Source: an uncultured Verrucomicrobiae bacterium
GTDB lineage: Bacteria; Verrucomicrobiota; Verrucomicrobiia; Chthoniobacterales; Chthoniobacteraceae
Reading direction: 5' to 3'
Length of the DNA: 64,000 nt
Assembly: GCA_963828525.1 (NCBI GenBank)
Contig: CAWHEP010000002.1
Span: forward strand, 96,001 to 160,000
Of the stretch, positions 1 to 12,194 are shown piece after piece. A program made the position numbers and the translations under genes. Position 1 is the first letter of the stretch. The number at the start of each line of letters is the position of its first letter. The notes beneath the pieces were generated by a model that saw only the letters and a list, made by a program, of their open reading frames with translations, ran no database searches and was not told the origin of the DNA.

Positions 1-1860
1 CGCAGCTCGGACGCTAAGAACATCGTCCAGGCTTGGCGCAAAGGGGAGACGCGCCCGATGGAAACGGACCTCGGGATGAAGGTCATGGGCGTGAAGACCG
101 TGTCAGACTCAGGGGGGCGGCCCGTTTATCATGTCGTCGCGCTTACCGACGACGGCAGACTGGCGAAGGGCTTTGTGATAGTCGCTGGTGAAGATGAGGC
201 GGAGCCGATTGTCGCTTTCTCATCCGGCGCGCAGTTCGACCCAAACGGGCCTCTGGCAATTTTGCTAGACCGGCACATGCCAAAGCTTGTAGGGCGTCTG
301 CGGGAAGCTCGCCCTCGCGAAGCGCTTTTCCGGGCTGGGGCCGCCGCCGCGAAATCAAAATGGGCTTCTCTGAGCCGCCGACAGGGAACCGCAGGGGCTC
401 CACCAGCCAGCTCTTCCGCGCCGCTTACCCCTTCCGACATCCGGGTGGCGCCTCTGCTGCAGTCGGTCTGGAATCAGCTCACGTCCAACAATTTTGTGAA
501 TGGTCCCGCCTGCTACAACTACTACACGCCTCCGTATGCCGCGGGGACGGACACGAACTACTACTGCGGATGCGTCGCGACCTGCACGGCGCAATTGATG
601 CGATACTGGCAGTATCCCACAACGGCGGTGGGAACAGGTAGTTTTTCCATCTCCGTCAACAATGTCGCCAAAAAAGCGACGCTGTTGGGCGGCGATGGCA
701 AAGGCGGCCCCTATGTCTGGTCGAACATGCCACTGACGCCTGCCAGCGGGGTGACGCTGACGCAGCAGAGGCAGATCGGCGTTCTCATACACGACGTGGC
801 GCTCGTCGCGCAGACGGATTTCACCCCAACGGGCTCATCCGGTTATCTGAGCGACGCGGTAGCCGCCCTGGTGACCACTTTCCACTACGGCAACGCGGTG
901 GATGTCTATACGGACTCCTCAGATCCCCAGACGATGTCCACTCCGCTACTCATCAGCATGCTGACTCCGAACCTGGACGCTGGATACCCGGCTTTGATTG
1001 CCGTGATCGGCGATTCCGGCTCCGGCCACGCTCTGGTGTGTGATGGCTATGGCTACAATAACGGGACTCTTTATCACCATCTGAACCTCGGATGGGGCGG
1101 AGATGGAAACGCGTGGTATGCCCTGCCAACCATCACGACCGACGTCGACAATTTCCATGTGGTCGACGAATGTTCGTTCAACATCTTCCCGACCGGAGGG
1201 GGAGAGATCGTGAGCGGACGAGTGACCGACGCCGCGGGCGATCCGCTGCCCGGCGCGCAAATCTCCGCGGCGCGAACGGGTGGCGGCACTTACACCGCGT
1301 CGACGAATGCCAGCGGCATCTATGCTTTAACCCATGTGCCGGCTTCCTCCACCTACGCGATCAGCGTCAGCGCGACGGGATACACGTTTGCCAACCGGAC
1401 TGTAACCACGGGCACTTCCAGTTCCGGCGTGCTCAATCTCCCCGGCTACATAAACGGAACCGTCGGAAGCCAGTCAAACATTGACTTCACCGGAGCCTCT
1501 TTTCCGCCGCCCTTCTTCGCCGGCGCAGCCTCTCTCGGCAGCGGAGTTTACTACCTCGCTTTCCCGAACGGGAATATCTTCGGTTATTATTCCTATCCTT
1601 CCTTCCCGTATTTGTACCACTTCGACATGGGCTATCTCTATTTCATAGACGCGAATGATGGCAAGGGAGGCGCCTTCTTCTATGACTTCACGAGCGGCCA
1701 CTTTCTTTACACCGGGCCGAGCTACCCCTTCCCGTATATGTATGATTTCACCCTCCAGACGGTGCTCTATTACTATCCGGACACGAAGAATCCCGGGCAT
1801 TACACAAGCAACCCCCGGTATTTCTACAATTACGCGACCCAGCAGGTCATCACCCAGTGA
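1..1860 (+). CDS. C10 family (streptopain/SpeB-like) cysteine peptidase with prodomain, carboxypeptidase-regulatory-like domain and Tyr/Phe-rich C-terminal domain; 5' end probably upstream of window
   Basis: Motifs GCVATCTAQLMRYW (catalytic Cys), GHALVCDGY (His), HLNLGWGG; prodomain-like GFVIVAGED; VSGRVTD..G.PL.GA domain; frame is open from base 1 (ORF track start 58). Confidence 0.85.
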   Translation, partial: RSSDAKNIVQAWRKGETRPMETDLGMKVMGVKTVSDSGGRPVYHVVALTDDGRLAKGFVIVAGEDEAEPIVAFSSGAQFDPNGPLAILLDRHMPKLVGRLREARPREALFRAGAAAAKSKWASLSRRQGTAGAPPASSSAPLTPSDIRVAPLLQSVWNQLTSNNFVNGPACYNYYTPPYAAGTDTNYYCGCVATCTAQLMRYWQYPTTAVGTGSFSISVNNVAKKATLLGGDGKGGPYVWSNMPLTPASGVTLTQQRQIGVLIHDVALVAQTDFTPTGSSGYLSDAVAALVTTFHYGNAVDVYTDSSDPQTMSTPLLISMLTPNLDAGYPALIAVIGDSGSGHALVCDGYGYNNGTLYHHLNLGWGGDGNAWYALPTITTDVDNFHVVDECSFNIFPTGGGEIVSGRVTDAAGDPLPGAQISAARTGGGTYTASTNASGIYALTHVPASSTYAISVSATGYTFANRTVTTGTSSSGVLNLPGYINGTVGSQSNIDFTGASFPPPFFAGAASLGSGVYYLAFPNGNIFGYYSYPSFPYLYHFDMGYLYFIDANDGKGGAFFYDFTSGHFLYTGPSYPFPYMYDFTLQTVLYYYPDTKNPGHYTSNPRYFYNYATQQVITQ

Positions 1861-2112
1861 GGCGCTGGGGCGGACACCAAATGGAGCCAGCGTAGAGTTC
1901 GCGGTCTGACCGGCGGCCCATGCCTGGCAAGTAGTTGTCACCAGGCGCTGTAGAAACGCCCGCTTCGGGACAGGAAAGACGCGTGTTGCCACAGCTTGTT
2001 TTACCGCGTTCGTTACGGTTCGCGGGAGGCTGAGTTTAAACGACTGCTTGCGGATACCCTCGTCCAAGGGTAGCGTATTTCCCGGTTCCAAAGGGTATCA
2101 GGCGCCGCGATT

Positions 2113-4254
<2,142 letters not shown>

Positions 4255-4258
4255 ATCC

Positions 4259-4807
4259 ATGAGATTTGTCCTTTTTTGCGCCCTCCTCTTTGCGGCATCG
4301 GCTTCCCTGTTTGCGCAAGCTCCGTTACGCAGCGGAGACACAATCGAGATTCGACTGAGCGGTGTGCCAGCGGAGGAGATGCAGCAGTTTAGCGCGCCGA
4401 TTAGTCTTGATGATCAAGGCATGTTAAACCTGCCGTATATCGGCCAGGTGAAAGCGGCGGGGATGCTCCCGAATGAGGTGCAAAATAGTATCGAGCGAAA
4501 GTTGGTTTCTGAGAAGATTTATACCCGCCCGACCATCACAATCATTGTTCAAGCGGCATCGCGGTTCGTGAGTGTGAGCGGTTCAGTGCGGAATCCGGGT
4601 CGCATCCCTTTTCAGGCTGACCTGACGTTGATGTCCGCGATCAGCGCGGCCGGGGGTTTAAATGACTTTGCCGATCTCAAGCGGGTACGGCTGGTGCATG
4701 ATAAAAAAGTTGAAGTGATCGACGCGCGGCGCATCAGGAAGGACCCGGCGCTGGACATCAAGATTTTTCCGGGTGACCAGGTGGATGTCCCCCAGTCCGC
4801 TTTCTAG
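4259..4807 (+). CDS. Polysaccharide export protein (Wza/Poly_export + SLBB)
   Basis: Signal peptide, LRSGDTIEI, G.LNLPYIGQVKAAG, VSGSVRNPG, IFPGDQVDVP; follows wzc-like gene. Confidence 0.88.
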   Translation: MRFVLFCALLFAASASLFAQAPLRSGDTIEIRLSGVPAEEMQQFSAPISLDDQGMLNLPYIGQVKAAGMLPNEVQNSIERKLVSEKIYTRPTITIIVQAASRFVSVSGSVRNPGRIPFQADLTLMSAISAAGGLNDFADLKRVRLVHDKKVEVIDARRIRKDPALDIKIFPGDQVDVPQSAF

Positions 4808-4821
4808 AAGCCGTGAGCTAG

Positions 4822-5082
4822 GAGACTGTTGAAGGAACTGGGGATGTCGCGTTGCTGCCGATTTTTGAGTTGGGCAAGGCGCGAGAAGCGAGCATATCCG
4901 CAGTGATCTGTGAGTGACGAGCAACGCTGCACAACGCAAAAAGCGGCACAACCCGAAGGGCGAGAGCAATTTGGGCGTCTTGCAGCGTTGCTCGCTTCTT
5001 GCAGACCGCAGCGGGTGACGCGCGCCACTCGCGGCTTGCCATCGCCCAAAATTGCTCTTGCGCGGCATGTCGCAACAGTCTC
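4822..5082. mobile_element. MITE (non-autonomous IS derivative), 261 bp
   Basis: Perfect 10-bp terminal inverted repeats GAGACTGTTG/CAACAGTCTC flanked by CTAG direct repeats (4818-4821, 5083-5086); ends match the IS at 22982; no credible ORF. Confidence 0.85.
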
Positions 5083-5910
5083 CTAGACGGGAAGGAAGCT
5101 TATGGGGTTGCCCGTCGCGAAGCCCAGGTCTTCGTCTGGCTCCTCCGGCAAGGCGCGAGCAGCCTCGATTTCTTCTGGTTTCGAGAACAGGTTCACGCGC
5201 AATTCTATATTACCGTCGAAGTCCTCTAGAAGCGCCGAACAGCTTTCCACCCAATCGCCCGAGTTGTAGTAATCCACGCCCTCGATCTTCTGAATCGCCG
5301 GCGAGTGGATATGGCCGCAGACGACTCCCTGAACGGAGTAATCCTTGGAATAGCGAACGATCGCCCGTTCGAACTCGCTGATGAAGGAGACGGCGTTCTT
5401 GACGTTCTTCTTCACGTAAGCGCTCAAGGACCAATACTCCAAATTCAGACTCTTCCGGAGATAATTGAGGGGCCGGTTCAGACGCAGCAAGAGTTCGTAT
5501 CCCACGTCCCCGACATACGCGAGCCACTTGATGTTCTGCACCACGGCGTCCAGTTCGTGGCCGTGAATCACGAGCAGGCGGCGCCCGGTCGCGGTGGTAT
5601 GGATCGCGTGCTTCTGGACGGTGATCGCGCCATACGGCCCGAAGAAGCTCGCGATGAACTCATCGTGATTGCCGGGGATGTAGATGATCTTCGTTCCCTT
5701 CCTGCCTTTTCGGAGGATTTTCTGAATGACGTCGCTATGCGATTGGGGCCAGTAAATGCCGCGGCGCAGGCGCCAAATATCTATGAGATCGCCCACGAGG
5801 TAGAGCGTATCGACCTCGTAAATGCGCAGAAAAGTGAGAACGGCGTCCGCATTACAGCCCTTGGTGCCGAGATGCAGGTCAGAAATCCACGCTGTGCGAT
5901 ATCTATCCAT
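5083..5910 (-). CDS. UDP-2,3-diacylglucosamine diphosphatase-like metallophosphoesterase (LpxH family)
   Basis: SDLHLG, GDLID, GNHD, HG, CGHIH, NSGDWVESCSAL motifs; start placed at MDRYR. Confidence 0.85.
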   Translation of the reverse strand: MDRYRTAWISDLHLGTKGCNADAVLTFLRIYEVDTLYLVGDLIDIWRLRRGIYWPQSHSDVIQKILRKGRKGTKIIYIPGNHDEFIASFFGPYGAITVQKHAIHTTATGRRLLVIHGHELDAVVQNIKWLAYVGDVGYELLLRLNRPLNYLRKSLNLEYWSLSAYVKKNVKNAVSFISEFERAIVRYSKDYSVQGVVCGHIHSPAIQKIEGVDYYNSGDWVESCSALLEDFDGNIELRVNLFSKPEEIEAARALPEEPDEDLGFATGNPISFLPV

Positions 5911-5999
5911 TGTGGCCGAGAAACATTGAATCTCAACCTGTAGGGATGCGTCAAAGGAAAACAACCATAGCCTGCGCCTTGTTACGCGATTGTAACGCA

Positions 6000-6964
6000 T
6001 CAGTCATGAAGATGATGAGTGGCATGGGAAAAGCTAAGAGCATGAGCGTGAATCCAACAGCAAGCAGGGTAAAAAAGAGGGCTCAGCCAGCGCTGAGAAG
6101 TGCTGCAACAACCAGGAAGGGTCGGTGGAGGAAGATTCTGCGAGAGGCGTATCGACGCCATTGCCGTGATGAGGCGACAAAGACGGCGGTAAAGCGGTTT
6201 CTTAGCTAAACAGGAGCGGACGCCGCGCATTCCACTCAAGGCATCGCGCTTTGAGCCGTGTATTCGTGGCTCCTCGACAACCCGCTGACTTCGAGGGTTA
6301 TCTGAATGGGTTACCCATGCGGTAGCATGGTGTATTAAGTCGGAATTCGATTGGAGGCCGAATTTTTCCTTGATGTGCAATCGGTGAGTTTCAATGGTCT
6401 TCCCGCTGACGCGGAGCGATTCCGCGATTTCGCGGGTCGATTTTCCACGACCGACGAGTTCGAAGACTTCCAGTTCTCGGTCTGTCAATACAGCCAGAGG
6501 CGATGCGGACGCCCGCTTTCCCGTAGCAGAGGCGCCCAGTGCCTCATGAAACATGGCGCCCAGGACGTTTTTGCTGACATGATACTCGCCGTTTAATGCG
6601 TGGCGCAGGGCGAGGATTACTTCCTCTGCGGATTCCTTCTTCATCACATACGCTCGCGCGCCGGCCCGTAACGCCCGCTCAGCGTAGATGCTTTCGTCGT
6701 GCATGGAGAGAACTACCACAACGATGTCTGAAGTTGCGCCTTTAGATTCTTGATAAACTCGATGCCATTCATTCCCGGGAGGGAAATATCCGAGATGACC
6801 ACATGAGGTTTCAATTCGAGAATCCGCTGAAGCCCATCGATGCCGTTCTCAGCTTCGCCGCAAACCTTCAGGTCAGATTCCCGTTCGAGGAATAATCGGA
6901 ACGCTTGCCGAACCATTCGGTGATCCTCAACGATGAATACCCGTTTAGCTGGAGAAGAGATCAA
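6000..6964 (-). CDS. NarL/FixJ family response regulator (REC + LuxR HTH), frameshifted near 6715
   Basis: VFIVEDH..DISLPGMNG in ORF 6713-6964 continues as VVLSMHDE..LTDRELEVF..KTIETHR in ORF 6000-6719; true C-terminus probably near 6300. Confidence 0.8.
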
Positions 6965-7034
6965 GTTGTGAATAACTATTTCAGATTATAAATCGATCCA
7001 GATGTCCGGCGCAGCCGCTCTGGGAGGGTGCCGG

Positions 7035-7265
7035 TCATTCCCGGGAAGTCGGTTCCGAGGAACGCAACTGTCGGACGATCGACTGCATCTCACCCACCGC
7101 CGCAGCAATCATCCCGACTAGGATCTTTTCGTCTGACTCACCTGATTCGCATTCGGCGGCCTTGCGGGCGATCAATGCCGCCAGAATCTGCGCGGCACTA
7201 AGAGTCTGGCAGAGACCGTCGTGAAGCTGCTGAGCCAATCGAAGCCTTTCGGCGTGAAGATTCAT
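7035..7265 (-). CDS. Isolated HisKA_3-type dimerisation/phosphoacceptor domain protein (no ATPase domain)
   Basis: H-box ERLRLAQQLHDGLCQTLSA, ends EMQSIVRQLRS; start uncertain (ORF extends to 7388). Confidence 0.6.
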   Translation of the reverse strand: MNLHAERLRLAQQLHDGLCQTLSAAQILAALIARKAAECESGESDEKILVGMIAAAVGEMQSIVRQLRSSEPTSRE

Positions 7266-7408
7266 CTCAATGGGAAGAACCGCGCCGGATTCAGCCTCCT
7301 TCGGACATTCGGTATGTGCGGAAACAGGCATTCCTGTTAGAATATCAGTATGAACAGACACTGGGAAGCGAGTTACCGAAAAAAGCAAAAAGGTTCCGAT
7401 GTCAGAAT

Positions 7409-7798
7409 TCAGAGAGGTGCATTTTCTTCCGCATCCGCAAGCGCCCTATTTAGCTTCCCGATGTCCACCGGCTTTAGCAAATGATGCCGGTATCCGGCCT
7501 CCCGGCTCTTTTCCTCATCACTGCTCATTCCGTAGCCGCTCATGGCAATTGCATACACCGCGCTCGGAAACTCCGCCCGCCGCAGCAACTCCCAGCCGTC
7601 ACCGTCGGGCAGGCCGATATCAGAGATCAGCACGTTGCAATCGCTTTGCGGTGCAATCTTCAAGGCTTTCGCCATCGTATCCATACTTCTCACCGCGTGT
7701 CCTTCGGCTTCCAGGTAAAGCGTCAGATATTTGCGCGTGTCCGCGTGGTTCTCAACAACAAGAATTCGCAACGGACGCTTCGCGGAAGAGGTTTGCAC
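7409..7798 (-). CDS. Single-domain response regulator receiver
   Basis: LRILVVENH, ISDIGLPDGDG, AIAMSGYG, HLLKPVD. Confidence 0.88.
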   Translation of the reverse strand: MQTSSAKRPLRILVVENHADTRKYLTLYLEAEGHAVRSMDTMAKALKIAPQSDCNVLISDIGLPDGDGWELLRRAEFPSAVYAIAMSGYGMSSDEEKSREAGYRHHLLKPVDIGKLNRALADAEENAPL

Positions 7799-7803
7799 AA
7801 AAA

Positions 7804-10800
7804 TTATATCGCAGGGCGCCCTTGGGGCGGACCGGTCTGTCCGCCACCTTCAGGCGAAGCCTGACCCGAGACTTCCGGTAACGGCTCAAGTGGCAACTCA
7901 ACCATGAAGGTCGAACCCTGTCCCTGTCCCGCGCTTTCAGCGCTTATTCTTCCGCCATGCGCCTCCACCACCGCCTTTGAGATCGCAAGCCCCAAGCCCA
8001 GCCCGCCATAAGCTCGCGTAATTTCAGCGCCCCCCTGCGCAAAAGATTCGAAGATCATCGGCAGAATCGCGGCTTCGATGCCGATGCCGTCATCCGCGAT
8101 TGAGATAATTGCGCGATCTCCATCGTCACGGGTCGTTAAGCTGATGGTGCCACGGTTTGGCGTGAATTTGGCCGCGTTCTTTAGCAGGTTCCAGATGACC
8201 TGCTGAAGACGCCTGAAATCGCCGGTGATCATATAGTGAGCCGCATTTAAGGAAACGGTCAGCCGCAGTTCCTTCGCCTGCACATCCCCATCGGTTACAC
8301 TCACCGCCTGACGCACCACCTCGTGCAGATCCACCGGCTCGCGAATAATCTCAAGCTTCCCGCGACCGATCCGCGTCACGTCCAGGAGGTCATCAATCAA
8401 TTGCACCTCGATCTCTATATTTTTTTGAATCATACCCAATGCTTCCCGTGCGGCCCCCGGCAAATCAGACCGGCGCTCAAGAACGTGTGTCGCCATCAGG
8501 ACGGGAGTCAGCGGCGTCCGCAACTCATGCGAGAGCACCGCCAAAAAATGATCCTTCGCCCGATTCGCGGATTCCACCGCCGCGCGCGCCTTTTCATTTT
8601 CCTGGAGCGCCTCCCACAATTCACTCCGGCTCTCCTCCAGCGCTTCCTGCGCTCGCCGGGATTCCGTTTGATCACGCAGTATCTTCACATAGCCCACGAT
8701 TTCTCCCGCAGCATCCCGCATCGCCATCATCGCACCGATTGCATAGAAGCGCGTGCCATCGGCCCGCTCGTGCCAGCGCTCATCGTTCGCGCGCCCGGTC
8801 TTTCGTGCGGTGTCCAATTCGCGCTCCGGGGCGCCCGTCGCGCGATCCTCCGCGGTAAAAATGATATCCGCGGGTTTGCCCAGAACCTCGCCTTCCGTAA
8901 ATCCCAGCAATCGCGCGGCGCCCGGATTCCAACTTGTGACCTTCCGGTCAAGATCAGTCGTAAAGATCGCGTAATCATGCGCATTCTCGATCATCAGTCG
9001 CAACCGTTCTTCGCTCGACTTCAGGGCCTCTTCCGCCTCCTTCCGCTGGTGGATGTCGTAGGAAACCATCAACACAGAGGTGATCTCGCCGGTTGATTCC
9101 CGCACCGGCGCGCCCCGCGTTAAAAACCATCGATCCAGGTGCTTGTGCTCGTGGGTAAACGGTTGCCCCGCCAAACAATTACGCAACAGCTTTTCAAACG
9201 TCTGAATCAACTCGGGCTCCAGCGCCTCAAAAATGGTTCGGCCAACCAAATCCCCGGATTTCAATCCCAACAGCCGGAGGGCCTCGCCGTCCGCAAGCAC
9301 GTAACGTAAATCCTGGTCCAGAATGAACGCAGCACCGCCCGGCAGATTCGCGATCAACGCCCGCCCGCGCTGCTCAGATTCGCGCTGCCCGGCCTCCGCC
9401 TCGCGGCGGCGCGTGATGTCCACAAAGGTCAGGACAACGCCCGCGATGTTATCCTCCTCGGTCCGGTAGGGGAGCATGCGGGTGAGAAACCAGCGGCCAT
9501 CGGCGTGCTGCACCTCGCGCTCGGTCACGGTCAATTGCTCGATGACCCGCTCCGCGTCCGCGCTTATTTCCGCATAAGCCAAGCGATGCGTTAGGTCGGA
9601 GAGCGGACGCCCGATGTCGCTCGCGATGAAATTAAAGAGCGTAAGCGCCGGTGGGGTGAAACGCTGGATGCACAATTGCCGGTCCAGGAAAATCGTCGCA
9701 ATATTCGTAGAGGCCATCAAGTTCTGCAAATCGCTATTGGAGCGGCTTAGCTCATCCACGTTGCTCTTCAACTCCTGGTTCACAGTGGTCAGTTCTTCGT
9801 TGATGGATTGCAACTCCTCGCGGCCCGTCTCCAGCTCTTCACTGGCGGAGCGCAACTCCTCGTTCATCGCCTGCAGCTCTTCGTTACTCGCCTTCATCTC
9901 TTCGGTCTGAGCCTCATTCTGCTCCACGTTTTCACGCAGTTGCCTTTTGGTGTGCTCGAGTTCCGCCTCCAGATGTTGCAGCACCTCCGCCGGCCCCGTA
10001 ATTGCCAGGCTCTCACCGGGAGGCAGTTCACCTGCATCCGGTTCTCCTCGTTCCCGGAACACGACCAGAAAACATCCCGGCGCCAGATCCTGCGCGGGTC
10101 GGACTCCCACATCCACCGAGCGCCGCACCCCGTCGAATTCCACGGCAACACCGCGAATATCCACCGGCGCTCCGGTTTGCTGTGCTTGGAATAATGCTGC
10201 CCGCAATTCCACCCGCAACATCGGATGAACCACACGCAGCAAATTGGAGGTGGGCTCACCGGCAATTTGTAAAAAGCGGCTCACACTCTGCGAGTAGTGG
10301 ATGATTTGCTGCTCGGCATCGACGAGAAGCGAGGGCGGGCCCAGCCGCTCTATCAGCCGAAAATGCACCTCGCTCCACGGCATCTTCAGCGCCTCGGAAT
10401 ATTGCTCCTTAATTACGCTTCGCGCGCCGCCTTCCACATCCACAGAGCTTTCATGAGCCGGCGCGTGTGTCTGCAACGCATATTCAAACGTGCCCGGCGA
10501 CATCGGGGAACCTACGGGAACCGGAATCGTTACACGATGACCGGACCGGCGTGTGTAAATGCGATGCTTTTTGCTATCGGGAGAGAACAGCGCGCTCGCT
10601 TCGTCGGCCGATTCCGACGAGCTCAAAAACAATTTTGCCTCGGGTCGCAGCGCAAAATGAAAAATCTCGAAAGCCCGGGTTTGGGCGTCCCGATTCAAAT
10701 AAATCAGAAGGTTCCGGCACGAGACCAGGTCGAGGCGGGAAAATGGAGCGTCCTTCAGCAAATCGTGCAATGCGAAGAGCACAAGGTCGCGCACCTCGCG

Positions 10801-12087
10801 CCGTACACGATGGCCGCGATGATCCTTCGAGAAAAATCGGCGCAATCGCTCCTCGCTCACATCCGCAGCGATGGTCTCTGGATAAACAGCCTCTCGCGCT
10901 GCCGCAATGGACCCCGCATCGATATCCGTGGCAAAGATTTGAATCTTCGGCGGCGCTTCCAGCGTCCCTGCGTATTCCAGCATCAGCATCGCGATGGAGT
11001 AGGCTTCCTCCCCTGTCGCGCACGCCGGCACCCAGACGCGTACTCGGTCCGCGGGCCCTTTATCCTTAAAGAACGCAGGGATCTGTTCTTCCAGGGCCCG
11101 GAAGCAATCCTTATCCCGGAAAAAATTTGTTACCGAAATAACCAGGTCCTGCAGCAGCGCCCCAGCCTCGCCCGGGTGCGTCCGCAGATAATTCAGATAG
11201 AGCGGCAGCGTCTCGGTATCATTCACCTGCATCCGCCGTCTGATCCTCCGCAGAATCGTCGCCCGCTTGTAATAGGAGAAATCGTGGCCAGAGCGAATTC
11301 GCAGAAACGTCAACGCCTCGCGCAACGCGGTTTCGTCATCCACTTGCGCATTCGGCTGGGCGGGCGGCGTCGCAGGCGGCTCTTCCGGCGGCAGCTTGAC
11401 GCGATTCTCATTCGCCCGAAAAGTCGCCAGCCGCGCCGGCATGTCCTCCACCTTCAGCACCCAGTCTACCATACGCGTGGCTATCGCAGCCCTGGGCATC
11501 CCGTCCTGTTCCGCTTCGGTTGGATCCTGCGCCACCGTCAGGCCACCCCGTTCCTTAATCCGCTTCAGCCCAATGGACCCATCGGAATCCGCGCCCGAAA
11601 GCACCACCGCCGTGGCGTGAGGACCATGGGTATCCGCCAGCGTCCTAAAGAAAATGTCCACCGTCACACGCCTCCCGCGCGCTTGCGTCAGATCCGACAG
11701 GATTAACTCCCCGTCGTTCATGGAGAGGTGCTTCCCGGGAGGTATCACGTACACGTGATCCAATTCCACATGCACGCGAGTTGTTACCTGAATTACAGGC
11801 ATCCTCGTCGAGCGCTGGAGAATTTCCGCAGCCGAACTCTCGTGCTCCGGCGCAAGATGCAGGATGACCACATACGCCGCGCCTGTTTTTTCGCCCGCGC
11901 TTTTGAAGAAGCGCTGCAGCGCAGCCAACCCTCCGGCTGAACCTCCCAGTCCTACAACAGGCAGGGTATGGAAGCCGCGCGTAGGGATAGTATCGTCGAT
12001 TTCGGCGGAGACCTCCTCTTCCTGATCAACCGCCCTCTCTGCCGTTTGCAGGTCAAACTCTGGAGCAGGATCGGGCGGCGCGGCCAT
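7804..12087 (-). CDS. CheB-CheR fusion PAS sensor histidine kinase
   Basis: CheB (GSAGG, ILH, SGADSDG), CheR (TNFFRD, ACATGEEAYS, SCRNLLIY), coiled coil NEELQ, PAS domains, SHELRTPL, LLKNAAKFT, GGLGLGL. Confidence 0.95.
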   Translation of the reverse strand: MAAPPDPAPEFDLQTAERAVDQEEEVSAEIDDTIPTRGFHTLPVVGLGGSAGGLAALQRFFKSAGEKTGAAYVVILHLAPEHESSAAEILQRSTRMPVIQVTTRVHVELDHVYVIPPGKHLSMNDGELILSDLTQARGRRVTVDIFFRTLADTHGPHATAVVLSGADSDGSIGLKRIKERGGLTVAQDPTEAEQDGMPRAAIATRMVDWVLKVEDMPARLATFRANENRVKLPPEEPPATPPAQPNAQVDDETALREALTFLRIRSGHDFSYYKRATILRRIRRRMQVNDTETLPLYLNYLRTHPGEAGALLQDLVISVTNFFRDKDCFRALEEQIPAFFKDKGPADRVRVWVPACATGEEAYSIAMLMLEYAGTLEAPPKIQIFATDIDAGSIAAAREAVYPETIAADVSEERLRRFFSKDHRGHRVRREVRDLVLFALHDLLKDAPFSRLDLVSCRNLLIYLNRDAQTRAFEIFHFALRPEAKLFLSSSESADEASALFSPDSKKHRIYTRRSGHRVTIPVPVGSPMSPGTFEYALQTHAPAHESSVDVEGGARSVIKEQYSEALKMPWSEVHFRLIERLGPPSLLVDAEQQIIHYSQSVSRFLQIAGEPTSNLLRVVHPMLRVELRAALFQAQQTGAPVDIRGVAVEFDGVRRSVDVGVRPAQDLAPGCFLVVFRERGEPDAGELPPGESLAITGPAEVLQHLEAELEHTKRQLRENVEQNEAQTEEMKASNEELQAMNEELRSASEELETGREELQSINEELTTVNQELKSNVDELSRSNSDLQNLMASTNIATIFLDRQLCIQRFTPPALTLFNFIASDIGRPLSDLTHRLAYAEISADAERVIEQLTVTEREVQHADGRWFLTRMLPYRTEEDNIAGVVLTFVDITRRREAEAGQRESEQRGRALIANLPGGAAFILDQDLRYVLADGEALRLLGLKSGDLVGRTIFEALEPELIQTFEKLLRNCLAGQPFTHEHKHLDRWFLTRGAPVRESTGEITSVLMVSYDIHQRKEAEEALKSSEERLRLMIENAHDYAIFTTDLDRKVTSWNPGAARLLGFTEGEVLGKPADIIFTAEDRATGAPERELDTARKTGRANDERWHERADGTRFYAIGAMMAMRDAAGEIVGYVKILRDQTESRRAQEALEESRSELWEALQENEKARAAVESANRAKDHFLAVLSHELRTPLTPVLMATHVLERRSDLPGAAREALGMIQKNIEIEVQLIDDLLDVTRIGRGKLEIIREPVDLHEVVRQAVSVTDGDVQAKELRLTVSLNAAHYMITGDFRRLQQVIWNLLKNAAKFTPNRGTISLTTRDDGDRAIISIADDGIGIEAAILPMIFESFAQGGAEITRAYGGLGLGLAISKAVVEAHGGRISAESAGQGQGSTFMVELPLEPLPEVSGQASPEGGGQTGPPQGRPAI

Positions 12088-12194
12088 GATCTATGAATAC
12101 GCTTCCATTGAGTCTCCGGCGAGCGATAGTTGCTACGGGTTGATCGCGGCATCGCTCAACACTCGCCGCGCAATCTATTCCGGAGCAACGCCGG

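Noticed and set aside
5910..6290. Basic ORF 5910-6209 and the long C-terminal extension of the NarL regulator
   Set aside because: They overlap on opposite strands and neither has recognisable features; the extension may come from a missed stop
10297..11706. 469-aa plus-strand ORF and similar long antisense ORFs (14560-15750, 49737-50765, 51465-52373, 62982-63962)
   Set aside because: Shadow frames of well-supported GC-rich genes with no recognisable motifs
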